Positions 19,653 through 29,981 of a stretch of DNA of 64,000 bases are shown here, piece after piece. Position 1 is the first letter of the stretch, and every line of letters starts with the position of its first letter. The stretch covers positions 10,087 to 74,086 of the forward strand of contig CAYGZQ010000013.1 of the NCBI GenBank assembly GCA_964354375.1, given 5' to 3'. The stretch comes from an uncultured Planctomycetota bacterium. GTDB lineage: Bacteria > JAJVIF01 > JAPKYR01. Position numbers and translations under genes: made by a program. Under the pieces are notes generated by a model. That model did not search any database. It was not told the DNA's origin and saw nothing but the letters and a program-made list of their open reading frames with translations.

Positions 19653-21884
19653 CTAGTCTTTGATTCTTATATAGATGTTATAATCGCCGTCTTCCAGCTT
19701 CGCATATGCTGCGACGGTGCTCGTGCCGTAGGGATCGATGCGAACGTGGCTGTAGGCGCAGCGGCCTCCGCCACCGCCGCCAAGGACTTCGGCGGCTCCG
19801 AACGTATCGCCCCCATCGCCCGACTCAACGTACTGCACCTCATCATCGGCATCGAACAGGACCGACACGGTGTTACCGTCGACACTGATCGAATGAAAAA
19901 CCGGCAGGGTCGCCAGACCGGTCGCGATCGCTGCAGTGGTCGGGGATGACGGTGGCCAGGAGGCGAATCGGAAGTACTGCACGTCGTAGGTGCCCCCCTG
20001 GTCGATCGCGACCACGCCGTGGAATGGCCCGTTCGACTCCGGAGCGATTGCCGGCTCGATCAGCGTTTTGGCTCCAGTCATTGCCGCGCCATTGTTCCAG
20101 GCAGTGTCGTACCAGCCGTAGTCAAGCTCCGTGCCCCCGTGCACAAAGAACCATCTCGGCTCCGCAGCCTGCTGGACGAAACCGTCATTGACTGAATAGA
20201 TGGCATCGTAGAAACCCTGAATGATCCCACCGGTCCAGGAGCCGGTGTCCCATGGCTTGTTGCTCCTCCAACCGAACATCGAGAAGTAGTCGCCCACCAG
20301 CGAGTAGACGTAGCCGTCCGAGGCGATCCCCAGGTCGCAGGAATACGGGGGCGAAGATATTCCCATGCCTGGACTTGTGCTTGAAGGTGACGACCAGACC
20401 CCGCCATGGTAGCTCGCGACGTAAGTGCTCTTGCTGTCCGATCGCTGGTACTGGACATAGATCCCGTTGTCGCCGCCAAGAACAGCGTGGAGCGTATCTA
20501 TGTCGGCAAAGGACCCGATGGTCATCGGTGCGGACCAGGTGTAACCGCCGTCCGTCGATTGCCTTGCGAGCGCGCTTGACCCGTCAGTGTAGATGATCCA
20601 CCAGTCCGTTTCACTGAGAACGATCCTCGGGAGCGTCTCATCGAAGCCGGCCTCCCCGGAGACAAGTATCGGGTCGGACCACTCGCCCGGCATGCGTATG
20701 ACGACATGAAGCGTATCAGCGGCCACCGGCGGGCTGTAACCGTCGGAGACGGAGCAATCGATATCGAACGTGTCGCCCGGAAGAGCGTTGAGAGCCCCCC
20801 AGTCGACATCGAGAGAGCCGGTCGTGTCGTCGGGCACATCGAGCACAACGGTGGCCGAGTCATCGGTGACGGTCCATGAGAAAGTCACAGGGTCGCCGTC
20901 GTCGTCATGCGCCGTGACCGTGTAAGTCTCGACAGAATCGGGCAAAGGACTGGAATCGCCGTCGACCCCGCTGTCGATGACAGGCGGCACGTTAATGAAC
21001 GGCTCGACCGTGATCGTGAACTTGTTGTAGAGCGCGTTGGGGTCGATCTCATCCCACGCTGCCGCCCAGACTTCGTACTCGCCCACCGGCGCTTCACCGG
21101 TGTTGGAAATCGTGGCCTGCCAGTGTGTCTGATCGATCTTCGTCATCCATACGTCCGTTCCGGTAACCGGATTGCTCTCGATAATCACATGATCGGCGGT
21201 GACATCCTGCCAGTCGAGTACCTCCAGAGTGACGTCGATCGACCCGCCCATTTCGTCGATCTCCCCGGTCTGCTCGATGGAGACGATGTCGTACGGCTCG
21301 GCGCAATTGTCCGGGTAGGACGCGGTGATCATGAAAGAGGCCCCGATTGTCCCGGGGAAGTAAATCTGGAAAGATTCGGTCTTGATGCGATGAACCGGAT
21401 CGGAGTACTTGTTCCAGAACTTGCGGTTCGGCTCATCCTTCGCATAGGCGCGGAACGGGTTCGCGACTTGGGGCGAGTTTGGATCGAAGATCTTCGTGTA
21501 GTCGTCGGCATTGAGGAGCTTCTTCTCGCCCAGGTTATAGAGTATACCCCTGACGTCATAGCCCGTAAGCGCGAAGGGATTCGTGACGGTTGCGTCGATG
21601 ACCATGATTCTTGAAAGAGGGTCCCAGCTCACGATTTTTAGCTTGAGATATCCGGCGAGGATGAAATGGGTTATGTCGTAATGAGCGGCGAGGGTGCGGT
21701 CGGGGACGACCGTCAGCTCGTCCGACACACCGTCCCAGGTGAAATCCACCGCAGCCCAGATGTGGTGAGATGACGCGGGAACGCGGGACTGATCGGCGTC
21801 GGGAGCGCTGGGAAGCCCGGCTTGTGAACACCCGAGCGCCGCCGCGAGAATGGACGTGAGAATGAGGTATGTCGCGAATCTCAT
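19653..21884 (-). CDS. P5: large lipoprotein, compact conserved N-domain + Ig-like domain + BNR-like propeller
   Basis: GGAGG RBS, lipobox ALG-C. Motifs VVPDR, NPF, GYDVRG, NADDYT, DWQ, then NVPPVI Ig module and STDGGYTW and SGDGGDTF Asp-boxes. Confidence 0.78.
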   Translation of the reverse strand: MRFATYLILTSILAAALGCSQAGLPSAPDADQSRVPASSHHIWAAVDFTWDGVSDELTVVPDRTLAAHYDITHFILAGYLKLKIVSWDPLSRIMVIDATVTNPFALTGYDVRGILYNLGEKKLLNADDYTKIFDPNSPQVANPFRAYAKDEPNRKFWNKYSDPVHRIKTESFQIYFPGTIGASFMITASYPDNCAEPYDIVSIEQTGEIDEMGGSIDVTLEVLDWQDVTADHVIIESNPVTGTDVWMTKIDQTHWQATISNTGEAPVGEYEVWAAAWDEIDPNALYNKFTITVEPFINVPPVIDSGVDGDSSPLPDSVETYTVTAHDDDGDPVTFSWTVTDDSATVVLDVPDDTTGSLDVDWGALNALPGDTFDIDCSVSDGYSPPVAADTLHVVIRMPGEWSDPILVSGEAGFDETLPRIVLSETDWWIIYTDGSSALARQSTDGGYTWSAPMTIGSFADIDTLHAVLGGDNGIYVQYQRSDSKSTYVASYHGGVWSSPSSTSPGMGISSPPYSCDLGIASDGYVYSLVGDYFSMFGWRSNKPWDTGSWTGGIIQGFYDAIYSVNDGFVQQAAEPRWFFVHGGTELDYGWYDTAWNNGAAMTGAKTLIEPAIAPESNGPFHGVVAIDQGGTYDVQYFRFASWPPSSPTTAAIATGLATLPVFHSISVDGNTVSVLFDADDEVQYVESGDGGDTFGAAEVLGGGGGGRCAYSHVRIDPYGTSTVAAYAKLEDGDYNIYIRIKD

Positions 21885-22199
21885 TTGACTTGCCTCCGCA
21901 GGATGTGTATGCAGCTGGGCCCTTCAGGAAGAGGCCGAACGCTCAGGTATTCCGGTGTTCGCATTGCCGGGCAGGTGAACATAGACCGATGGGAGAAAAG
22001 GGAAAACACTCGGCTGCGTGAAGAGACCCCGCACCAGCTACCCAAACGATACGGATCGGCTTCACCGACAGACCTCCGAGACGAAACAACATTGAGAAAC
22101 AGAGCCCCTTCTGTAAAGCCCATGATATCAAAAAGAGCGGCCTTCCTCAATGAAATGCTTCAGGTTTGAAGTAAATCGGGGCTGAGCAAGACGGCGGAG

Positions 22200-23378
22200 T
22201 CAACGGACCGTGACCATCTTCTCGACCCGGTCGGCGATGGCCTGGGCCTCGGGTAGAGAATCGGCGACCGTGATCATGTAGCCGTGCCGATGCGTGTCCA
22301 TGACCGGGGGGACGAGCGTGTCGCCGGGCTTGATGTAGAGATCGCACGCGACAACTCCCACAAACGATCGTGCGGCCTCCAAACCCTCGATGGCTGTCAC
22401 TTTTCCCGGTGGGAAAATGAAGAATCGAAGGACCCCTGCGCGATTCATCGTGCGCCGTACGGGAGCCTCCTCGCCGACCGCGTAGCGGACGTTGGCTTCA
22501 ATGAGATTGACGCCGGACAGCGCGGGCACGACATGGCTTGACGTGCCGCTGCCGCCCCCCCGGTTCGCCATCTCGACAAGATAGATGCCGTGATCCGTGA
22601 CGATCAGCTCGCCGTGAATGCTTCCCGCCACGATCCCCAATGCGTCGACCAGTCGGCTGTAGACATCCTCGATTTCGCGGTGAATCTCATCCGGGAACGG
22701 CGCCGGAAAATCGAGATTAATCGCGATGATATGCGGGGGCGGCGTGTGACGTTTCGCGCTGACGGCCAGAAGATGCGTGACCCCTGCGTATCTGCAGCCC
22801 TCGACCGTTACCTCGGTCCCGACAAGATATCCCTCCACAAGGATTCTGCCCTCTCGAGAAAATCGGAAAGCTTCCTCGGCAGCGGGCAGAAGATCTTCCT
22901 CTCGCCTGATGAGCTGGACACCGCGACTCGCCTGCGCGTCGGTTGGTTTCACAACGCAGGGCAGGCCGACATCGGTCGCGTTGAGGGCATCCTGGACGGT
23001 CGTGCAGACGCGGTATCGCGGGTTCTTCAGACCCGCCCTTCCGGCAAGCTCCCGCATGCGCGCTTTGTTCGTCGTGTTGTGAGCAACTTCAGGCGTGGGT
23101 CCGGGAAGACCGAGCGCCTGCGTGACCCTCGCGAGCGTGGGAACGGAGAGATCGGTCTGGTCGGAGACCGCGCCCGCTATTTCGTATCTTCGGGCGAGGG
23201 CAATCGTGCCGTCGATGTCTGTGATGTCGACGGGCTCGAAACGGTCGGCGACCGACGCCCCTTCTGCTGAGGGATTTTTGTCGGTGGCGAGTGCCCGGAA
23301 TCCGAGCGACCGTACGGTGCGAATGAGGGGAATCTGCCAGTAGCCCGCACCCAGCACGAGAACCCATCGCTCAGCCAC
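22200..23378 (-). CDS. ATP-grasp domain protein (carboxylate-amine ligase)
   Basis: VLVLGAG.WQ N-domain, NKARMR, VVKPTDAQASRGV, VEGYL.G.EVTVEG and EMANRGGG motifs. Confidence 0.85.
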   Translation of the reverse strand: MAERWVLVLGAGYWQIPLIRTVRSLGFRALATDKNPSAEGASVADRFEPVDITDIDGTIALARRYEIAGAVSDQTDLSVPTLARVTQALGLPGPTPEVAHNTTNKARMRELAGRAGLKNPRYRVCTTVQDALNATDVGLPCVVKPTDAQASRGVQLIRREEDLLPAAEEAFRFSREGRILVEGYLVGTEVTVEGCRYAGVTHLLAVSAKRHTPPPHIIAINLDFPAPFPDEIHREIEDVYSRLVDALGIVAGSIHGELIVTDHGIYLVEMANRGGGSGTSSHVVPALSGVNLIEANVRYAVGEEAPVRRTMNRAGVLRFFIFPPGKVTAIEGLEAARSFVGVVACDLYIKPGDTLVPPVMDTHRHGYMITVADSLPEAQAIADRVEKMVTVR

Positions 23379-23381
23379 GGC

Positions 23382-24176
23382 TCAGTCCGCTCCTTCTTCG
23401 GAGCCGGAATCGGAGGTGGAGTCTGGGTCCTTCGCATCGCCGTTTCCGTCGGCGACAGGCGGCTCGACCGCGCTTTCCTCAGCCTCGGCGCGTTTGTGCT
23501 CCTCCTCCTCCTGTTGCTTCCGATATTCATCCGCCCATTGCTGAGCCTGCTCGGGTGTGACGAAAACGCCCATGGGGCTGAGTCCGGGCGGAGTGGCCTC
23601 GAGCGTCGTGAGCACGATCTGGACCGCGTGCTGAGCGGGAAATTCCTTGAGCATGACCTTCATCCCGGCGCGAGGTCCGCCGCCTCCGGGTCCCGAGTCG
23701 TTGACGAACAGAGCCGACTGGCATCGCCCGTCGCTGTCCTTGCTGTCGATAGTGTTGACAATGCTCTCTTCCGCCGGCACCGCTTCATCCACAGACATTC
23801 GGCCGGTAGCGAGATACATGATGTAAAACTCCTTGATCGCTTCGAACGGCGCGTGTGTGATGTAGGACTCGCGCAGGGCGGGATCTTCACCGGCAGGATG
23901 GATCCGCTGGGAGCCCGCAAAGACCGGCGCCAGGTGGGAATCGCGCTCGGACTGACCCTGTGCGGAGGTCCGGGAGTCTTTGTAGATCACCCGGCCCTGG
24001 TCGTCGACAAAATACTCCGGCTCATTCGTTGTAGAGCCCTCATCAAGGACAACGGGCTTCTCTTGAGGCTTGGACGAGGGTTGAGCACGTTTCGAGCAGC
24101 CGAGCATCGACGGAAGGGTGAGGGATATCGCGGTCGCGACGAAAAACAATACCGTGCATGCTGATCTGGCTCTCAT
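23382..24176 (-). CDS. Hypothetical lipoprotein with acidic low-complexity tail
   Basis: Signal peptide with MLG-C, ending 3 nt before the ATP-grasp gene start. Confidence 0.65.
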   Translation of the reverse strand: MRARSACTVLFFVATAISLTLPSMLGCSKRAQPSSKPQEKPVVLDEGSTTNEPEYFVDDQGRVIYKDSRTSAQGQSERDSHLAPVFAGSQRIHPAGEDPALRESYITHAPFEAIKEFYIMYLATGRMSVDEAVPAEESIVNTIDSKDSDGRCQSALFVNDSGPGGGGPRAGMKVMLKEFPAQHAVQIVLTTLEATPPGLSPMGVFVTPEQAQQWADEYRKQQEEEEHKRAEAEESAVEPPVADGNGDAKDPDSTSDSGSEEGAD

Positions 24177-24200
24177 GTTGAAATACCTGACGGGGAGACA

Positions 24201-25400
24201 TTATACACCCGTGGCCGGCGGTTGGGATCGAAGCGTGAGACGTCTCTGCCTTACGTTGCTTGCACCAATCCTTACGGTCTCGACCGGTATCTTGTCGAGC
24301 TGTCTCCAGAACCAGATTCCTGCGGCGAGGAGGAAAGCGGCCTCAACGACCCCAAGCCAGGGGGGGCTGATCTTGGCGAGAATGCCGAATGCTCCAAACA
24401 CTGCGCCGATCAGCCACACCAGGACCACTGCGAACGCTTTTGAGAAGCCGAAATTGACGAATCGATGAGAGGTGTGATCCTTTCCGCCCCACCAGAAGTT
24501 GATCTTCCGCTTTCCCCTGCTGAAAGCGACGAAGAAGGTGTCGAAGACGAAGACACCGACGACGAGTACGGGAGCGAGCGTGTAGCTCAGGACATGGAAT
24601 CCCTGGGGCAGCGACGCGATCTCGTAGGGGATGCGTCCGGTCATCAGTCCCAGGAAGCTTATGAAGAAGCCCAGCGTGATGCTGCCCGCGTCGCCGAGGA
24701 ATATCGACGCCCTCGGGAAGTTGTAGGGGAGGTATCCGATGAGGGCGCCGACGAGGGCGAGGGACAGCCCGATAGCGACAGGATCGCCTCCGATGGAAGC
24801 GATCGCGAGGAAACTGAGCCCGGCAACGATGCCCGTCCCGGCGGCGAGACCGTTCATGTTATCCATCAAATTAGCCGAGTTCGTGATCCCGAGCACCCAG
24901 AAGAGAGTCAGGACCCATGCGAGAATCTGGCCGGGCAAACCCCATTCGACCGGGATGAAGAACACTTTTGCGCCGCCGAAAAAAAGGATGGTTCCGGCGA
25001 TCGCAAGCATGAGCATCTTCACGCCAGGGATCATGCCCAGGATATCGTCCCACAGACCGACAAGGAAAATGAAAGTGACTGCGCCCAGGATCAGCATCGG
25101 CTGGAAATCGTCCGGAAGGACCCGGGCCGTTTCATGGAGGACGATATAGGAGCCGGCGAAAAGGGCGATGAAAAGCGGAAGGCCGCCAAGGTATGGTGTG
25201 ATGGTTTCATGGGTCTTGCTGCTTCCGGCAATGGGTGCGTCCACGATCCCGAAGCGCAACGCGATCTGCCGCGCGATGGGGGTGCCCATGATGGTGGCGA
25301 AGAACGGGATAGCGATGATGAAAACGGGTGGCGTCCCGAGGAGATCGAGAGCGAAGGTCCGGTCGGACGCAAGAGGTGGTGAGGATAGTAAACCGAACAC
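24201..25400 (-). CDS. MraY/WecA/TagO-family polyprenyl-phosphate HexNAc-1-phosphate transferase
   Basis: TPYLGG, GLWDDI, NSANLMDNMNGL, FLGDAGS and KDHTSHR motifs, multi-TM. Confidence 0.88.
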   Translation of the reverse strand: MFGLLSSPPLASDRTFALDLLGTPPVFIIAIPFFATIMGTPIARQIALRFGIVDAPIAGSSKTHETITPYLGGLPLFIALFAGSYIVLHETARVLPDDFQPMLILGAVTFIFLVGLWDDILGMIPGVKMLMLAIAGTILFFGGAKVFFIPVEWGLPGQILAWVLTLFWVLGITNSANLMDNMNGLAAGTGIVAGLSFLAIASIGGDPVAIGLSLALVGALIGYLPYNFPRASIFLGDAGSITLGFFISFLGLMTGRIPYEIASLPQGFHVLSYTLAPVLVVGVFVFDTFFVAFSRGKRKINFWWGGKDHTSHRFVNFGFSKAFAVVLVWLIGAVFGAFGILAKISPPWLGVVEAAFLLAAGIWFWRQLDKIPVETVRIGASNVRQRRLTLRSQPPATGV

Positions 25401-25535
25401 GGTGGGACATTATAGCGAAACACGCCGCGCCGCGGACACTTTCCAGGAGATTTGGCGCCGCACGTTCTGCGTGGGCCGTGCGACAGGTGCGGCAGGAAAA
25501 ATGCGTTTTTTTTGGCTGGAGGGACTCCGGAGGAC

Positions 25536-25564
25536 TTGACAAGTTTTGTTAGTTATGGTAACGT
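25536..25564 (+). promoter_or_regulatory. Sigma70-like promoter for the 25783-29776 operon
   Basis: TTGACA(25536)-17 nt-TAACGT(25559). Confidence 0.55.
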
Positions 25565-25782
25565 TATGTAGCTTTGCTGAGGATTCGGAAGCAGAGAGGT
25601 CTCAGCGGTCGGGTGGGCGGTCGGTTCAACGAGGGATGAAGATAAAGCACACGGGAGAGCCATAAGGTTGATTTTTGGAAGTCATATGATAAAATGGCCG
25701 TCTCAAGTCCGCGAAGAGCGGGCTTAAGTTAGTCATACATTTTTCGAAAAAGGACCAGGCGCAGTAAGCGCGAGGTGGCCAG

Positions 25783-26244
25783 ATGATCGGGAGATCAATG
25801 ATACTGATGGCAGTGATTATCCTTGCGGCGGGCGTTGTGTCGGCGTGTTCGTCGGATGACAATGCTGCGACGCCGGGGATGCGTGCAGTGGGAACGATCC
25901 AGGGCCGGGTGATAGACTTGGCGGCGGACGAGCCGCTCGCGGGCGTGAAGGTGGAAATCCTGTCAAAACCTTTCGTGACCGACCTGACGGGCACGGGGGA
26001 AATAGTTATATACACAACAACGGATGTTAACGGGATGTTTCTGCGGAACGATGTTGCGAACGGGTCGGTGACCGTGTGGGTGAGCCGGGACGGCTACCGC
26101 ACTCCCGATCCAAAGAACTGGGCCCTGTCCGCGGGGGGCACGGGCGAGTTCAGGTTTGAGATGGCTCCCGGCGAGGACCCGGTGCCCGAATTCGAGGGCG
26201 ACGAGCAGAACGCTCGACCGCCGGATTGGTCCGAAGGCAAGTAA
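25783..26244 (+). CDS. Lipoprotein with carboxypeptidase-regulatory-like (prealbumin-fold) domain
   Basis: Lipobox VSA-C, GTIQGRVID...EPLAGVKV...TTDVNGMF...SRDGY pattern. Confidence 0.72.
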   Translation: MIGRSMILMAVIILAAGVVSACSSDDNAATPGMRAVGTIQGRVIDLAADEPLAGVKVEILSKPFVTDLTGTGEIVIYTTTDVNGMFLRNDVANGSVTVWVSRDGYRTPDPKNWALSAGGTGEFRFEMAPGEDPVPEFEGDEQNARPPDWSEGK

Positions 26245-26313
26245 CAAGAGAACCCGCCGCGTTTTGGCGGCATTAAGATCATATCCAGTTCCGAAGGAGA
26301 AAAAGGAGCTACT

Positions 26314-27885
26314 TTGATGAGGATGAAAACCGTACTTAGCCTGGGGTTCCTCCTGATAGTGCTGATCCTCGCGGCGGGGATTGCATCGTGCTCGAATCCG
26401 GATGAGAGGCCGATGGATGGGTTCTACGGAGGGTTTCCGAATCCGCTGCCCAAGTCGGCCGTGGGTCTCATAGTCACCGACCCGGTGTTTCGGCAAGTCG
26501 AGCCGGACCCGCTCATCGAGGAAGCGTATCTTGCTGCGAACCTGCAACCGCTGACCTCAAGCGACCTGTGGGGATACTTCACGAACGCGACCCAGAGGAT
26601 CGATCTGGTCGGTACGCGAATCACCAACGCGCAGATGGTGGCGCGGCTGGTTGGAGTCGCGAACAAGGGTGTCCAGGTGAACATTGTGGCGGAGAAGGGG
26701 TATTTCGATGATGCCGAGTCCGCTCCGTTCATTTCGCAGCTCGCTCAGACGGGGCATGTGACGATGAAGACGGACAAGGACGACATCGCGAGGCAGGTCC
26801 ATGCCCGGTACGCCATCATTGACGATCACATTGTCCTTGCGTCGTCCGGTGACTTTCTCGACGACTCATTCAATACATCGATCAACAACACGCTTGTGTT
26901 CGACAACCCGAGGACCTACGTGGACAGCAGCGGCCCCGGGGGAGTCAAGACCATAACCGATGCGTTTCTGTTCGATTTCGACCAGATGTTCAACATGGGG
27001 AGATTCGGCGGCGACAAGGTGGTTCTGGGCCACAACACGTTCAATATCGGCGTCAGCGTGGAGGTCTACTTCGGCCCCAATGATAACCTTCTGGGTGAAG
27101 TGGCGAACGAGATCAATAACATGCAGAGCAGCATGATGTACGCGATCAACCAGGTGACGGATTCAACGATGCTGTATGTATGCGCGGCGTTCGGGGATGT
27201 CGGGCTGTACGATGCTCCGTCGAACCCGGACTACTCGGAGATCCTTCCGCTCGCGTTGCCCTTCGGCTGGCCCGGATTCAACAGCCTTAATCACAAGTTC
27301 ATGCTGATCGATCTTCCGACCGATGTCACTACCACGATCGATCCGACAGTGCTGGGGGTTCTCGACCCTGTGGTCATAACCTGCAGCAACAACTGGACTC
27401 ATAACGGGCTTGAGCTGAACGACGAGCAGATGCTGATAATCCACGACCTGACGCTGGGCTTTGAGTATGCGGTTGAGATGGGCGCGCTGGAGAGAGAGGC
27501 GATGGGATTGGGAGTCGTCTTCGGCACCGTGCGCACCAACAAGAATGTGCCGATCGCAGGCGCCCAGCTTACATGCGACAGCCTGGCGATTCCGGGCGGA
27601 TTCTTCCCCGGAGACGGGGGAGTTCCGCCGGAGGGCGAGTCGGATGCGCGAGGGAGTTACGGCATGCTTGTGCCGACGGGTTTCCTCAGGAACATCCAGG
27701 TCCTGGACCTCGGTGACGCAGGGGGCGCTTACCTGCTGCCCGATCCCATATGGGGCGACACCATGCCGAACCAGGGCTACAACCTTATGCCTGGTTCGAG
27801 TTACAAAGCGAATTTCTATGTGATACCCGTTCCTACCGGTACAGGTACCGGTACCGGCGGGGGTGGGGGCGGATTCGGACACTAA
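26314..27885 (+). CDS. PLD/Nuc-fold lipoprotein with two degenerate HKD motifs + C-terminal prealbumin-like domain
   Basis: Lipobox IAS-C. VHARYAIID...SSGDF and LNHKFMLID...VITCSNNWT...NDEQMLII align with the two HKD motifs. GVVFGTVR...PIAGA tail. Confidence 0.75.
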   Translation: MMRMKTVLSLGFLLIVLILAAGIASCSNPDERPMDGFYGGFPNPLPKSAVGLIVTDPVFRQVEPDPLIEEAYLAANLQPLTSSDLWGYFTNATQRIDLVGTRITNAQMVARLVGVANKGVQVNIVAEKGYFDDAESAPFISQLAQTGHVTMKTDKDDIARQVHARYAIIDDHIVLASSGDFLDDSFNTSINNTLVFDNPRTYVDSSGPGGVKTITDAFLFDFDQMFNMGRFGGDKVVLGHNTFNIGVSVEVYFGPNDNLLGEVANEINNMQSSMMYAINQVTDSTMLYVCAAFGDVGLYDAPSNPDYSEILPLALPFGWPGFNSLNHKFMLIDLPTDVTTTIDPTVLGVLDPVVITCSNNWTHNGLELNDEQMLIIHDLTLGFEYAVEMGALEREAMGLGVVFGTVRTNKNVPIAGAQLTCDSLAIPGGFFPGDGGVPPEGESDARGSYGMLVPTGFLRNIQVLDLGDAGGAYLLPDPIWGDTMPNQGYNLMPGSSYKANFYVIPVPTGTGTGTGGGGGGFGH

Positions 27886-27940
27886 GAGCCTGACCTGCGA
27901 CATGCCAACAGTACTAAAGTAGACTTGGAAGAAGGAGTCA

Positions 27941-29776
27941 ATGATGCGGAGAATCTCAGTCATATCAACACTAGTTGTCCTGGCCGTACTGCTGACGGTG
28001 GCGGTCTGGGGCTGCAAGAACCCGGATGACGGAAGCAAGCCGGTAGTGCCGGATCCCCATGGACCCGGCGCGACCGGGGATCCTATGGACCCCGGCATAC
28101 CCGAGCCGTTCGCGTACGAGTTCGGGCCGGTTGTGGACATCACGATCGAAGGGGACGGCGACATTGTTCTTGCCACGGAAGCCGGGCTGGAGCTGTTCAC
28201 GCCGTACGGGGTGCACAAGCGCATGATGTCGGCCTCGTATTACCAGGGACTGGCCATGTCGAACTTCGGCCAGGTTGACACCGGCCGAGGAATAATCGGT
28301 GTCGTCCCGGAGAACATGTGCCTTCCAACGCCCGCATTTGACGATCTGTATGTCAGCGGCGGAGTGCCCGGGGTCAGCTTTGATCCGATCTGGTGGGGAG
28401 GCGAGCCGGACCCCTATATGCCCCCCGGCACGTGCGTTAACTTCGCCTCGTCGTCGACTTTCGGGAGCTGCGATTGCACGCCGCACCCGATAGCCTACCA
28501 CCCTCTGAACCCCCCGTATCTCTTCCAGAAGGTGTACACCCCGAACTGCATCGCGGACTCCGACTGCGACTGGCCGTTCACGAACACGATCGACGTGAAC
28601 GACTATGCGATCGTCGCATACCACCCGGATGCTCCGTGGGTGCCGGACTACATGTACCCGATATTCGAAGGCGGGCAGGACTATCTCGTCTACTACGATT
28701 ACCCGACATACATGGGTCTGCAGAATGCCGCTGCGGCCCTCGGCGTTGTCCCTGCATGCGCCATAAACAGCAATTTCATCGTCTGGGACCTCACGTCCAT
28801 CAACTACATGTCGACTCGAAGCGGCATGACCACTTCCAACATCTGCGACTTCGAGTTCGACAACTTGCACAGGCTGATCTGGGTTATGCCGAACGCGGAC
28901 AGCATAGCGATCACAGAGCCTGTGGTGTTCGGGGCGCCGATCGTCGTGCAGAAGACCATCGGCGGACGCCAGAACGGCATGGGCACCCTTCCCGGCGAGT
29001 TCCAGGGACCCAGGGCTTTGGCCATCGATCCCAGGAACCAGAACATTGTCGTCTCCGACACCGGCAACAAGCGCGTCCAGATTTTCGACAATGACGGCAA
29101 CTACATTCGCGAGTTCGGCGCTGCGGACCCGACGTTCACGCCTGCAGCGATCCGTGTCGATGCGTTCGGGGCCATCTATGTGTCCAACATCAACCCGAAC
29201 AGGGCCGAGGGCGACAACCTCAGAATCTACAATGAGTACGGAAGCCCGGTGATCTTCGGCACGATCGAGGGCTGGGTCTTCGATAAGGACACCAACCAGC
29301 CGCTGGACAACGCAAGGGTTATGGTGCAGTCCACATTTAATGCGCTGAGTGACATTACCGACGAGAACGGTTACTTCGAGTTCCCCGCGGTTGCTCAGGG
29401 CACCCACAATATCGTGGCGGAGAAGTACGGGTTCAATTCCGGCCAGGTGAACGTGACGGTCAACGGAGGCTACAAGAGCAAGGTTGACATCTACCTCAAG
29501 AGAGTCATGACCGAGCCTCCGGGATACGGGCAGGTCACCGGCACGGTGTTCTCGAGCCTGTACAACAAGCCGCAGCCGGGTCTGACGGCCGAGATTGTCG
29601 GGGCCGGAATCTCCAACCAGACGAACGGAAACGGCGAGTTCACCCTGTACAACGTGCCCGAGGGCGAGCATACCTTCCGGCTCACCGGCAACGGCACTAT
29701 CTACTACGAGAAGTACATCGTGGTCACCAAGGGCGGAATTGTCGACCTTGGAGTGATGTACCTGCCGATACCGTAA
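27941..29776 (+). CDS. Lipoprotein with NHL repeats and two carboxypeptidase-regulatory-like domains
   Basis: Lipobox VWG-C, GEFQGPRALAIDP...IVVSDTGNKRVQIFD NHL repeat, two G.I/V.G.V...T...G.F domains. Confidence 0.78.
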   Translation: MMRRISVISTLVVLAVLLTVAVWGCKNPDDGSKPVVPDPHGPGATGDPMDPGIPEPFAYEFGPVVDITIEGDGDIVLATEAGLELFTPYGVHKRMMSASYYQGLAMSNFGQVDTGRGIIGVVPENMCLPTPAFDDLYVSGGVPGVSFDPIWWGGEPDPYMPPGTCVNFASSSTFGSCDCTPHPIAYHPLNPPYLFQKVYTPNCIADSDCDWPFTNTIDVNDYAIVAYHPDAPWVPDYMYPIFEGGQDYLVYYDYPTYMGLQNAAAALGVVPACAINSNFIVWDLTSINYMSTRSGMTTSNICDFEFDNLHRLIWVMPNADSIAITEPVVFGAPIVVQKTIGGRQNGMGTLPGEFQGPRALAIDPRNQNIVVSDTGNKRVQIFDNDGNYIREFGAADPTFTPAAIRVDAFGAIYVSNINPNRAEGDNLRIYNEYGSPVIFGTIEGWVFDKDTNQPLDNARVMVQSTFNALSDITDENGYFEFPAVAQGTHNIVAEKYGFNSGQVNVTVNGGYKSKVDIYLKRVMTEPPGYGQVTGTVFSSLYNKPQPGLTAEIVGAGISNQTNGNGEFTLYNVPEGEHTFRLTGNGTIYYEKYIVVTKGGIVDLGVMYLPIP

Positions 29777-29802
29777 AGATCCTCGGCATCAGTGAAACCA
29801 AC

Positions 29803-29832
29803 AACGGAGCCTCCAAAGGGCTCCGTTTTGTT
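29803..29832 (+). terminator. Intrinsic terminator
   Basis: AACGGAGCC-TCCAAAG-GGCTCCGTT followed by a T-rich tail. Confidence 0.7.
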
Positions 29833-29883
29833 TCGTGCCAGTGCCGATGAGGCGGTTTGTGGCCCGAAAGCATGTGTTAAGCA

Positions 29884-29912
29884 TTGACAAAACCGGGGGG
29901 GGATGATATACG
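29884..29912 (+). promoter_or_regulatory. Sigma70-like promoter upstream of P6
   Basis: TTGACA(29884)-17 nt-TATACG(29907) with TGn extension, and a TATAAT also at 29913. Confidence 0.55.
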
Positions 29913-29981
29913 TATAATTGCAGGCAGGTGGGATTTGCCGGGTGGTGCCGACCGGCAGGGATCGGCGGGAGGGTTGTCCTG

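Noticed and set aside
21885-22199. Long 5' region of P5 as a riboswitch
   Set aside because: Only weak local hairpins, with no recognisable aptamer consensus or terminator.
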